Origin: Candidatus Poribacteria bacterium
GTDB taxonomy: Bacteria; Poribacteria; WGA-4E; PCPOR2b
Reading direction: 5' to 3'
DNA length: 64,000 bases
NCBI GenBank assembly: GCA_965208425.1
Contig: OZ242335.1
Span: 6,151,181-6,215,180 of the forward strand
Part shown: positions 49,595 to 59,231 of the stretch, piece after piece
How the letters are laid out: every line of letters begins with the position of its first letter
Position numbering within the stretch: position 1 is the stretch's first letter
Notes under the pieces: generated by a model
Databases searched by the model: none
Told to the model about the DNA's origin: nothing
What the model saw: the letters and a program-made list of their open reading frames with translations, nothing else
Translations under genes and position numbers: made by a program

Positions 49595-51409
49595 ATGCAA
49601 TCCGTTTCTGCTGAAGAGACAATACAACGCTTGATTTTTAGCCTTTCTGAGATTGAACAACTGGGTGAAACAATCATCTCTGGGCGCGGTAACTTTAACG
49701 TATCAAGTCGGACCTATCTACGAATCATCCACGGCACCTTGCAGGTAAACCGTTGCGCAATTTTGCTCTTTCAGCCCACCGAGAATTGCCTCACTATCGA
49801 AGCGGCAATTAATGTCGAAGATGAATCATTGAGCATTCCAGTGACTGACGACGACATCGCGGTGATGCTCGAATCTTCAACCATCGATCCCTCTAGCCCT
49901 CCGCCTACGTTGGATAACTTTTTCAATCAGATCCAACCCCAATTAGAACTCCTCGGTGCCAATTTATGGGCACCCCTCAAGATACGCGATGAATTTCTGG
50001 GGGTTATCAGTCTGGGCAGTTTTAGGCTGCAGGACGATTTGGAGGACTGGAATCGAGAACTATTGCCGGTGCTGGCAAATCAGGTCTCCGTTGCCATCGC
50101 TTACTCGCGCCTCTTAGACAAGACTCGCGCGGAACAGTTCCGCCTATTTATGCTGTCTGACACTGCCACCCAGATCTGTAAATCACTCGACACTGAGGCT
50201 GTGCAGGAAGAGGTTGTGACGCATGCAATCACGCTGCTGGACGCGAGTACAGGGGGATTGTTGATAGTTGATCCGGTCACACAACGCCTTGAAATGAAAT
50301 CCATTTTTACCCTTGAACCGCAAGCCAACACCGAACTGGAAAACCTATCGATCCCTTTACAAACGGATCAGGATGCCCCATCGGCGCTATCACCCCTTGC
50401 TGAAGTCGCAACGCCAGAAGGCGAAACGCTAATCTCCAATAATAGAGGAAATGGGGTACTGCTCGGTCGCAGAAATTTGATGGCGGTCCCGATGCGTGGC
50501 CGTGAAGATACGCTAGGCGTGTTGATTGTTGCGGACAAGGAAGGACGAGGAGGAGCTACTCTAGATTTTACGGATGAGGATAGGGTTCTACTTGAAGCTT
50601 TCGCCAATCAGGCAGGGGTGTCAATCGAAAACGCACAACTCTACCAAGAAGCACTGGAAGGACGGCAACTGCAGGCAGAGATGGAAGAAGCGGCAAAGAT
50701 TCAGCAGAATCTGATTCCCGATAGGCTTCCCGACATCTCTGGCTATGAGGCGACCGGGCTTTACTTTCCCCGCGGCGGCGTCGGTGGAGACTACTACGAC
50801 TGCCTCCCAGATGTAAACAACACATGGGGCCTTGCAATAGCCGATGTCTCTGGGAAAGGGATGCAAGCCGCGCTGCTCATGGCGACATTACGGGCGGGGC
50901 TGCACTCGGAAGTCACGCGAAAAGAAGATCTGCCAAGCATGGCTGAGGCACTCAACTCATTGCTTTATGCAAGTAGTACCGATGGCAAATTTGCAACCTT
51001 CTTCTACGCTCAACTACACCCGGAAATGGATCAGATTACTTCAATCAACGCCGGACACAACTACCCGCTCGTCATCCGGAGTGCCGGCGGTTGTGACGAA
51101 CTGGAAAAGGGTGGAGTGATGTTGGGCATGTTTCCTAACGATGTTCTGTCTCAAATTTCAGAGTATGAACAGGAGACAACCCAACTTTCCAGCGGAGATG
51201 TCGTGCTCTTCTACACCGATGGGGTAACAGAAACTGTAAACCCCGATGGGGAACTGTACGGGGAAGAGCGTCTGGAAGAGGTTGCGACACGCGTGAAAGA
51301 TGACAGTGCGGACCAGATATGCCAAGCCATCTACGATGACGTTATCGCATTTCAGGGGGAAGCCCAGCAGTTTGATGACCTAACAATGATGGTGCTAAAG
51401 AAAACATAA
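49595..51409 (+). CDS. GAF-domain(s) + PP2C (SpoIIE/RsbU-type) phosphatase.
   Basis: C-terminal PP2C motifs GDYYD, ADVSGKG, TDGVTE and N-terminal GAF-like regions. Confidence 0.8.
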   Translation: MQSVSAEETIQRLIFSLSEIEQLGETIISGRGNFNVSSRTYLRIIHGTLQVNRCAILLFQPTENCLTIEAAINVEDESLSIPVTDDDIAVMLESSTIDPSSPPPTLDNFFNQIQPQLELLGANLWAPLKIRDEFLGVISLGSFRLQDDLEDWNRELLPVLANQVSVAIAYSRLLDKTRAEQFRLFMLSDTATQICKSLDTEAVQEEVVTHAITLLDASTGGLLIVDPVTQRLEMKSIFTLEPQANTELENLSIPLQTDQDAPSALSPLAEVATPEGETLISNNRGNGVLLGRRNLMAVPMRGREDTLGVLIVADKEGRGGATLDFTDEDRVLLEAFANQAGVSIENAQLYQEALEGRQLQAEMEEAAKIQQNLIPDRLPDISGYEATGLYFPRGGVGGDYYDCLPDVNNTWGLAIADVSGKGMQAALLMATLRAGLHSEVTRKEDLPSMAEALNSLLYASSTDGKFATFFYAQLHPEMDQITSINAGHNYPLVIRSAGGCDELEKGGVMLGMFPNDVLSQISEYEQETTQLSSGDVVLFYTDGVTETVNPDGELYGEERLEEVATRVKDDSADQICQAIYDDVIAFQGEAQQFDDLTMMVLKKT

Positions 51410-51700
51410 TCGCCCGAGTTGCTAGGCTTTAGTGACATTTTTCTATTACCAATTCAGTAACGCTGTAAACATCTGTCAACAAAGTCCGTAGGTCGAGATT
51501 TATATCTCGACACCGAAATTTCAATGTTGGGCAATTGACCAATGGCAGGGCAACCACAAGGGTTGCCCCTACAGAAATCTACCCAATGTTGGGACAAGTC
51601 CCCGATAAGACCGGGATTCCAAGCGACTTGTGCCTGCCCAAGATACAGGCAGATGGAAGACTGAAGTAAGATACCCCTGATATAGACAAGGACAAAATTG

Positions 51701-52603
51701 ATGCAAGATCGAGAAGGGCAGCGTTATCTGGATCCCGCCGCATTGGCAAAAATTGGGAATCTCGAACTCATTGCAAAATTTGTCGTCGAAGGATTTATCT
51801 CAGGTCTCCACAAAAGCCCCTATCACGGTTTCAGCGTCGAGTTCGCGCAGTACCGACAATATATGCCCGGCGATGATATCAAACATCTCGACTGGAAAGC
51901 CTATGGACGGACCAATCGGTACTACATTAAGCAGTTTGAGGAAGAAACGAACCTCAACTGCTACCTCCTCCTCGACACCAGCGAGTCGATGACCTACGGT
52001 TCCGGCGGGCTGACGAAGCTGCAATACGCCAGCTACCTTATCGCTTCAATCGCCTATTTCATGGCAAAGCAACGGGATGCCGTCGGATTCGCCTACTTCG
52101 ACGAAAGACTTCACGAATACCTTCCTGCCCGAAGTTCTCCCGCCCATCTCCACGCAATTCTGCTGACACTTGAACGGATCCAAACCAGTAAACTCACGCA
52201 CATGGGCGAACCCATCCACCAGATTGCTGAACGTCTCACCAAGCGCGGATTGGTTATCCTGATCTCCGATCTCTACGAAGAAGATCCCGACACGGTTGTG
52301 AACGCGCTTGAACATCTCCGCTATGACGGACATGAGGTGATTGTCTTTCATGTTTTGGATCATCAGGAGCTGGATTTTGCGTTTGACCGCGTGGCGCGTT
52401 TCGTCGATGCCGAAACGGACGAAGAAATCATCGCAACGCCGCAGGCGATCCGGCAAAGCTACCTCACTCATCTACACGATTTCATCAACTACTACAAGTT
52501 GGAATTGAGCCGAGCCGACATCGACTACAACACAATCGACACCGCAACCCCCGTTGATTATGCACTGTCAGCCTATCTTGCTAAACGGGAAGGATTGATA
52601 TGA
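51701..52603 (+). CDS. DUF58 (vWA-like, MoxR-associated) protein.
   Basis: GFSVEFAQYRQYMPGDDIKHLDWKAY and the LLLDTSESM vWA MIDAS-like start. Confidence 0.7.
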   Translation: MQDREGQRYLDPAALAKIGNLELIAKFVVEGFISGLHKSPYHGFSVEFAQYRQYMPGDDIKHLDWKAYGRTNRYYIKQFEEETNLNCYLLLDTSESMTYGSGGLTKLQYASYLIASIAYFMAKQRDAVGFAYFDERLHEYLPARSSPAHLHAILLTLERIQTSKLTHMGEPIHQIAERLTKRGLVILISDLYEEDPDTVVNALEHLRYDGHEVIVFHVLDHQELDFAFDRVARFVDAETDEEIIATPQAIRQSYLTHLHDFINYYKLELSRADIDYNTIDTATPVDYALSAYLAKREGLI

Positions 52604-52639
52604 GAGCCTAAGTTGCGACCTAAAATCCCAACAGGATAA

Positions 52640-52745
52640 TAACCAATGGTGCTAGTTTGCAGCTGTTGATAACGTGAAACGTAAAAATCATTAGTTCAGT
52701 GGTTCATTTAGCCCCAGCAGGGCGACAGGTCTATAGTACACGAAT
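52640..52745. repeat. D-family extended repeat (inverted copy of 17850-17955).
   Basis: Sequence comparison. Confidence 0.6.
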
Positions 52746-52914
52746 AAACAAATACCCGAAAGCCCCAAATACCCGGCGGGTTATCCATCAATTCTTGGCT
52801 CATTGAGCCTAGCACCTTATGCAACATTCCGGGTATTTTCGACATGTGTATCCGAAGGGTGGAATTTGACATACTCCGCAAACCTAAAGGCTTGGGATTC
52901 TTAAAAGCCCGCTT

Positions 52915-53290
52915 CCGATAGAAGAGCTAATTGTGCGATCAACAACGATGCGTGTGATCAAACCACGTCTTACTTCGTCTCCTGCAATGGACGATGCCCC
53001 GCCCACTCCCCCGCCTGTTAGGCAAAGCCTAACAGGCATTGGGGAACTTTGGCGAAATGGAAAGCACCGCACCGTCGCCGCCGGGAGGCTGACACTCGGT
53101 TGTGGATTTGACCCCGACTCACCGTGAGGCAATGCTTCGATTTCTGATGCGTATTATACCAGAAACGAACACAAAAAGTGTAAGGTAGATTACACTTTTT
53201 TACTTTTTGGCAACTTTAATGCTAAAGCCGTCTGTATAGGCTTCGCCCCAACTGCTCCAAACATAAATGTTGGGGTTTTAGACCTAAAGG
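52915..53290 (+). ncRNA. Candidate small RNA or 5' leader element X1. It has a conserved 5' block (ctaattgtgcgatcaacaacgatgcg...gacgatgccccgccc), a 10-bp perfect hairpin (cctgttaggc-aaa-gcctaacagg), and a 3' hairpin + T-run (ccaaacataaatgttggggtttt). It is paralogous to 57420-57650.
   Basis: Nucleotide-level similarity to X2 without protein-level conservation of the overlapping ORFs. Confidence 0.3.
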
Positions 53291-53294
53291 TTTT

Positions 53295-53388
53295 GGCTCA
53301 TGTAAAGAAATCGTGCAACAGCAACCAAGTTTTCAAGAAAAAACTCGGTTTCTCTTCATGCTCTGCACCCTCTTTTTATATGAGCCAA
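53295..53388. mobile_element. A-family MITE, the copy with both terminal inverted repeats visible (ggctcatgtaaag.../...ctctttttatatgagcc).
   Basis: Seen directly in the sequence. Confidence 0.7.
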
Positions 53389-53845
53389 GGTTTTTTCGAT
53401 AAGGTGTATATAAAATTCTGCTATACACATTGCGCTCCTCCCCGATACATCGGAATGCAAAACTGGAGCGAAAGCCTGAACACTTCAACTGGAACAGAAA
53501 GAAGATGCCCTTGACTCAATTCTGTTGATGCAACATACCCTAGTATTGGTGTAGCATTTTTGCGACGACGGTGTAGCACTATTCCCACAACCTCCTCGTG
53601 AATAAGCCCCGCCCTTTAAGATCACAATCCACCCCAAAAGCAAACCCAAAGTCCCCCAGAGAAAGAATTTGCCGAAAAACTCAGTTTTTTGTACAATCTC
53701 TTTAGGCGATCTGAGATAACAGTGGTATTGAAATTGCGCGTACTTGATGAACAGAGTGCATTGTATTGGGTAACGATACACGTCAAATCCTATCCGGCTC
53801 TATTGAGATGTTCATAGAGCCTAACGGGCAGAATAGGAGGAAATC

Positions 53846-54985
53846 ATGTTACACGTCTTGCGCCGTTCCACACTGTTCTTCACATTATTCGCTCTGGGGA
53901 CTGCATGGATTGGGTGCACACAAGAGAACGCTCCGGTCAACATACCGGATGCCAACCTCCGCACTGTCATTGAGCGTGCCCTTGACAAGCCTGAGGGTGC
54001 CACAATCACAAGCACTGCCATGGCAACCTTGACGGATCTCGGAGGAGATAGGGCTGATATTCGCGAGTTAACCGGCCTTGAGTTTGCCACCAACCTGATA
54101 AGTCTACACCTTAGGTCCAATCAACTATCGGACCTGTCACCCCTTGCGGGCCTAACAAATCTGAAACTCCTAGATATCAGTGAGAGTAGTGTAACAGATC
54201 TCTCGCTCCTCGCAGGATTAACAAACCTAGAGTCCCTCAATATCAGCAACAGCTCGCTATCAGACCTATCGCCGCTCGCAGGATTAACGAATTTGGACTC
54301 CTTGAGTATCAGCGATAGCGGTATATCAGACATATCATCTCTCGCAGGATTAAAAAAACTGAAATGGCTAAATCTGTTCGAGAACCAAATCTCAGACCTA
54401 TCACCTCTTGCTGGATTAAAAAATCTGGAAGAGTTGGAACTTGACGTTAACTGTGTCTCGGACCTGTCACCCTTGGCGGGATTGGTAAATTTGCAGAGAT
54501 TATACCTTACCGTTAACAGGGTATCAGATATATCGCCACTGGCGGGATTAACCAATCTGAGGTCAATTTGGCTCATGGATAACCGCGTTTCAGATTTGTC
54601 GCCCTTGGCACAACTTTCCCAACTTGAAACTTTGCTACTTGCTGACAACAACGTATCAGATATATCATCTCTCCCAAAATTAACCAATCTGAAACTCCTC
54701 CAACTTACCGATAATCAGATCTCGGACCTCTCGCCGATAGTGGAATTAACAAACCTAGAACAACTGGGGCTTTACGGTAACTACGTCTCGGATCCGTCGC
54801 CCTTGGTACGGCTAACCAATCTGAAAGAGCTGGGACTTTCCGCCAATCGTGTGTCAGATTTATCATCCCTACTGGAATTAACCAATTTGAAGGAGCTAGA
54901 TGTTCTATCGAACCCCTTGAGCTCAAAAACAGTCACCGTTGACGTGCCGATCCTCAAAGCCAAAGGTGTTTCTGTCAGGCATTAG
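53846..54985 (+). CDS. Secreted leucine-rich-repeat protein (about 22-residue LxxLSPLAGLTNLxxLxLxxNxISD repeats).
   Basis: Signal peptide, RBS ggagg, LRR periodicity. Confidence 0.8.
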   Translation: MLHVLRRSTLFFTLFALGTAWIGCTQENAPVNIPDANLRTVIERALDKPEGATITSTAMATLTDLGGDRADIRELTGLEFATNLISLHLRSNQLSDLSPLAGLTNLKLLDISESSVTDLSLLAGLTNLESLNISNSSLSDLSPLAGLTNLDSLSISDSGISDISSLAGLKKLKWLNLFENQISDLSPLAGLKNLEELELDVNCVSDLSPLAGLVNLQRLYLTVNRVSDISPLAGLTNLRSIWLMDNRVSDLSPLAQLSQLETLLLADNNVSDISSLPKLTNLKLLQLTDNQISDLSPIVELTNLEQLGLYGNYVSDPSPLVRLTNLKELGLSANRVSDLSSLLELTNLKELDVLSNPLSSKTVTVDVPILKAKGVSVRH

Positions 54986-55017
54986 TATCGGTAAATCCTA
55001 TTGATTGGAGGAAAATC

Positions 55018-55911
55018 ATGTCGCACTTCTTGCGTCGTTCAACACCGTTCCTCATGCTACTTGTTCTCGGAGTTATATGGGGCGGGTGTGCGAAAGCGAT
55101 TCTTTCTGTCCAACCGGTCAATATACCGGATGCGAATCTCCGCACTGCCATTGAAGATGCCTTACACAAGCCTGCGGGTGCCACAATCACAAATGCTGAC
55201 ATGGCGACTTTGACGAGTCTTGAACCGGGTTGGGGCGATATCCGTGAGCTAACCGGTCTTGAATTTGCGGTCAATCTCACGTACGTGCGCCTAGGCCACA
55301 ACCAGATATCGGATCTGTCGCCCTTCGCTGGATTGACAAAACTGCAATTCCTATATATCGAAGAAAACAGGATAACAGACCTATCACCTCTTACGGGACT
55401 AACAAAACTGAGAGAACTGGATCTCTACGGCAACGAAATATCGGATCTATCGCCTCTCGCTGGATTGATAAATCTGAGATTCTTGAGTATTAGTGATAGC
55501 AAGGTATCCGACCTTTCACCACTCATAGAATTAACAAACCTAGAAAATCTAGGTATCGACGGCAGCCAGATATCGGATCTATCGCCTCTCGCTGGATTGA
55601 CAAAGCTAGCGTTCCTGAGTATTAACGATAGCCGGGTATCAGACCTGTCGCCCCTTGCAGAATTAACACATCTAAGGGAGCTAGGTCTTTACGGAAACGA
55701 AATATCAGATCTTTCACCTCTCGCTGGATTAACAAAGCTAGAAGGCCTAGGACTTAATGTTAACCGCGTATCGGACCTGTCGCCTTTGGTCGGATTAACC
55801 AATTTGAGAAGTCTGCACGTGCAATCAAACCCGCTGAATCTAAAGACAATCGCCGTTGAGTTGCCGTTTCTTGAAGCCAAAGGTGTTCATGTCTGGCATT
55901 CGCATCAATAA
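55018..55911 (+). CDS. Secreted LRR protein, tandem paralog of 53846-54985.
   Basis: Shared N-terminal block NIPDANLRTAIEDALHKPAGATIT and the same LRR consensus. Confidence 0.8.
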   Translation: MSHFLRRSTPFLMLLVLGVIWGGCAKAILSVQPVNIPDANLRTAIEDALHKPAGATITNADMATLTSLEPGWGDIRELTGLEFAVNLTYVRLGHNQISDLSPFAGLTKLQFLYIEENRITDLSPLTGLTKLRELDLYGNEISDLSPLAGLINLRFLSISDSKVSDLSPLIELTNLENLGIDGSQISDLSPLAGLTKLAFLSINDSRVSDLSPLAELTHLRELGLYGNEISDLSPLAGLTKLEGLGLNVNRVSDLSPLVGLTNLRSLHVQSNPLNLKTIAVELPFLEAKGVHVWHSHQ

Positions 55912-55917
55912 TCCTGT

Positions 55918-56040
55918 GGCTCATGTAAAAAGAAAGTGCAAGTCCCGATTCATCGGGATTCCGCCTTGCGGAACACGAAGAGAAACCGAGTTTTAAAGAA
56001 AAAACTCGGTTTCTTTGCACTAAATCTGAACATGGGCGAA
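55918..56040. mobile_element. A-family MITE, long form. Likely terminator after the LRR gene.
   Basis: Near-identical to 19459-19612. Confidence 0.7.
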
Positions 56041-56078
56041 GATAGATTCTATTTTTCATTTCCGAAGGAGATTCAAAT

Positions 56079-57140
56079 ATGATTGGTTTCAAGCGCATCA
56101 TGATATTCGTATTTGGTTTTGTTTTCCTCGTTTTATCAATTGTCTCCGCCGTTGCACAGGTTGATACTCCCGCTGTCTGCCTGATTGATGACCATCCGGG
56201 CATCCTCGAATCAGACGCACAGACCGCAGCGATGCTGGTGTGTGATGCGCTGCGTAAGCAGGGTATATCGGTCAGCGATCCCGTTTACGAAGCACCCACT
56301 TCAGCGAATGCGTATCGCGTTATTTTACGCCGGTTAGGTGAGAAGATTATCGTGCGCCTGAGCCAGGAAAATCCCATCGGCACAATTATCATCGAGCGGC
56401 AAATTATATTGGCAAATATCGAAGAGATGATCCCAGCAGCACCGAGACTGGTTGACGCACTTGTTCACGACAAGCCGATCGATGATACGGTCGATATGGA
56501 AACCGTCACTGAACAGGAGGCTCGCGAACTCAGGAAGATATCGGGTGAGTCCCTGTGGCATGTAGGAATCTTTGGAACCTTTGTTCCCGGCACAGACATA
56601 TCCGCAGAACCCGGCTTTGAGTACGGTTGGTCTTATCAGACACCATCGTACGCTGTGGGAACCGAGTTCCGAACAAGTGGACGCGATACGTTTGAGGAGT
56701 CTGTGGGAACCGGGATTCAGGATAGTGACCCCGAAGGTTTTTCCTTCTTCGCTTGGTCAATCGGTGGACGCTACTTCTTTAACAAACAGAATATTTCACC
56801 CTATGTGGGCGGCGGACTCGCCATCGTTAACACCAGCTATGAAACGACGGTAAGGAGACGCAAAGAGTGGTTCGGTTCTGCAGAAAGGTATAGTCAGTTG
56901 TGGGGAGAGGAGTGGGAGTGGACCGATGAATCTGAGTCAGATACCGGTTTGGGCACCTATGCCATCGTTGGAATAGAGGCACTGCGCCTCACTCAGAGTC
57001 GCTTAAATCTTGAACTACGAGTAGATAGACCGTTATTTAAGCTGCCAAGCCAAGATATAATGCCGATAACATTTGGTATCTCCTTTTCTCGGAATTATGT
57101 TCCCGGCGGCTCGGGCTGCTTGTCGGGTTGCCTGTTTTGA
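56079..57140 (+). CDS. Secreted protein of unknown function with a possible C-terminal beta-barrel-like domain.
   Basis: Signal peptide IMIFVFGFVFLVLSIVSAVA, RBS ggag. Confidence 0.45.
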   Translation: MIGFKRIMIFVFGFVFLVLSIVSAVAQVDTPAVCLIDDHPGILESDAQTAAMLVCDALRKQGISVSDPVYEAPTSANAYRVILRRLGEKIIVRLSQENPIGTIIIERQIILANIEEMIPAAPRLVDALVHDKPIDDTVDMETVTEQEARELRKISGESLWHVGIFGTFVPGTDISAEPGFEYGWSYQTPSYAVGTEFRTSGRDTFEESVGTGIQDSDPEGFSFFAWSIGGRYFFNKQNISPYVGGGLAIVNTSYETTVRRRKEWFGSAERYSQLWGEEWEWTDESESDTGLGTYAIVGIEALRLTQSRLNLELRVDRPLFKLPSQDIMPITFGISFSRNYVPGGSGCLSGCLF

Positions 57141-57141
57141 T

Positions 57142-57247
57142 TTATAGTGGATTTTAGAATTAATGAGACACTCCAAACCGGTGCGGTTGGAAACCGCACC
57201 TACCGGGCGGGTGAAAGTGTCTATCGATTTTTTGAATTTACTATAAG
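57142..57247. mobile_element. B-family MITE copy.
   Basis: Sequence comparison. Confidence 0.7.
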
Positions 57248-57419
57248 TCCCCGCTTGAATCAGATTTCCCCTCAACGAGTTATCCCTTCTGCAATGAATT
57301 GGCTGAGTCAATCTTAGTCCATCTAGCCCGCACTTTAGACACTCGGCATTTTTTTTGTAAATAGTTTTTGACGTACTCCAAAAGCTGAAGCATTTGGATT
57401 CTTGTTAGGAATCCACTTT

Positions 57420-57650
57420 CTACTTTCTAATTGTGCGGTCAACGACGCTGCACCCCGTCGGGTGTCTTAATGCGTCTCTCGCAAGGGACAACGCCCTGCC
57501 CCTATACCAGCGTCTATATCCTGCTCCCCGGTGCCGGTAACTGTAGAAAGTATACTATATTTGTTCAGGAACATCAAACAAAAAATGCGCTAAAGCATGG
57601 GTGTATCCCAAAGGTAAACCTTGGGGTTTTACCCCTAAAGGAATTTTTAT
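57420..57650 (+). ncRNA. Candidate small RNA or 5' leader element X2. It has the conserved 5' block ctaattgtgcggtcaacgacgctgc...gacaacgccctgccc and a 3' hairpin + T-run (cccaaaggtaaaccttggggtttt). It is paralogous to X1.
   Basis: About 70% identity over ~85 nt with X1, plus a shared upstream 'ggattctt' segment and a shared 3' terminator-like end. Confidence 0.3.
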
Positions 57651-57839
57651 GATAAAAAAAACTTGACAAACGTTTTGCAGCAATTTATAATACTATAAAA
57701 TCTACATGCGAATGAGTCTCAATATCATTCATTAGCGAGGTCAATCGGGCAAAAGATGCCCGTTTTTATTTCAGACTATATTGAAATTGAGACTCTATAT
57801 CAACAACTCCGAGGGTTAGAATTGCGAATCTGCTGTTGT

Positions 57840-59063
57840 GTTATGTTTCTGTTTCTGATGGTTCAAATCGTACCCGCTGAATCCAAACGGTTTAGTGTCT
57901 CCGGTTACGGAGTAATCAATTACGCTAACTTCTATTGGGAGACCGATCCAGAGCGACGTGCCCACATTGACGTTGAACGGCTTGTCGTTGCGCCGAAGTT
58001 CCGGATGAGTGAGACTATCCGGCTTGAAGCGGAACTCGAGTTTGAGCACGGTGGGACCGGCACCACAATGGAGTTTGACAAATTTGAGGAATTTGGCGAA
58101 TTTGAGACAGAAATCGAAAAAGGCGGCGAGGTCATCGTAGAGAAACTCGCCGCGGTCTTTGAGGTTCGCCCGACACTTAACTTTCGGATAGGTCACATCA
58201 TCGTGCCGGTCGGCTTAACCGCCAAACGGCATCGTCCCCAGCACTACTTCACAACCACCCGCCCTGAATCTGAATCAAATCTGATTCCAACCATTTGGCA
58301 TGAAAATGGGATTGAGCTATTCGGCAAATTCGGTGCACTCAGTTATCAAGCGCAAGTTGTCAACGGCTTGGATTCCACCGGCTTCAGTTCGCGTCGTTGG
58401 GTTTCCAGCGGTCATCAACTGCGTTTTGAAACTGCCAATGCGGAAGATTTCGCGCTGGTCGGTCGTGTCGATTATACAGTTATGGATGGAGCAGTTCTCG
58501 GTGTCTCTGGCTATTACGGAGACAGCGCGGACAACCGTCCGAAACCGGACTTCGATCTCGATGCTCATGTTTCAATTGTTGACCTGCACGGTTTTTATGA
58601 GGTCGGTGCGGTGAAGGTTCGTGGACTGTTCCTTTACGGAACGCTCGAAAATTCGGAACTGATCTCCAAAACCAATCGAAATCTATCAAACAACCTGAAC
58701 GTCAAGCGGACACCCGTCGGCAGCCAAGCCGTTGGGGGATACCTCGAAGTCGGTTACAATGTGCTCACGTTTTTCAAATCATCGTTGAACACAGAAGCAG
58801 GGCTTGATTTTTTCGTTCGCTACGACAACTACGATACGATGGCTGAGGTCCAGGGCGATATCTTTGATAATCCGCGTTGGGAACGGCAGACGTGGACACT
58901 TGGCCTCAATTATCACCCGCATCCACAACTTGTTTTTAAGGGACATTATTCCGCACGGGTATTGGGTTCCAAACCTGTAGAGGTATTGGACACCATACCC
59001 ATATTGGACACCGAATTTGAGGATGAACACACCCTCGCACTCGGCTTCGGGTTTCAATACTAA
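57840..59063 (+). CDS. Outer-membrane beta-barrel porin-like protein. The start was chosen at the signal-peptide Met. The ORF-track start is 57756.
   Basis: Signal peptide MFLFLMVQIVPAES, alternating amphipathic strands, C-terminal ...LGFGFQY aromatic end. Confidence 0.5.
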   Translation, partial: VMFLFLMVQIVPAESKRFSVSGYGVINYANFYWETDPERRAHIDVERLVVAPKFRMSETIRLEAELEFEHGGTGTTMEFDKFEEFGEFETEIEKGGEVIVEKLAAVFEVRPTLNFRIGHIIVPVGLTAKRHRPQHYFTTTRPESESNLIPTIWHENGIELFGKFGALSYQAQVVNGLDSTGFSSRRWVSSGHQLRFETANAEDFALVGRVDYTVMDGAVLGVSGYYGDSADNRPKPDFDLDAHVSIVDLHGFYEVGAVKVRGLFLYGTLENSELISKTNRNLSNNLNVKRTPVGSQAVGGYLEVGYNVLTFFKSSLNTEAGLDFFVRYDNYDTMAEVQGDIFDNPRWERQTWTLGLNYHPHPQLVFKGHYSARVLGSKPVEVLDTIPILDTEFEDEHTLALGFGFQY

Positions 59064-59215
59064 CAGGACTTACCCACTTCAGTTCGTAGTAGCGCAATTC
59101 GTTACGCGCATATCGGGGCAGGGATGCCCCTCCCACGCCTAGTGGCGATAAATCGCCGAACTACAAGACACTAAACTTTTAACTGCGTAAGTCCTAACTA
59201 ATTTAACTTCAAACT
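59064..59215. repeat. E-family composite repeat with inverted ends (ggacttacccacttcagtt ... aactgcgtaagtcc).
   Basis: Seen directly in the sequence. Confidence 0.55.
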
Positions 59216-59231
59216 AAAAAGGAGGAATCCA

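Noticed and set aside
52933-53127. 64-aa ORF, and the 73-aa ORF at 57431-57652, as candidate small proteins.
   Set aside because: The two regions are conserved at the nucleotide level but the encoded peptides are unrelated. They are better explained as RNA or regulatory elements.
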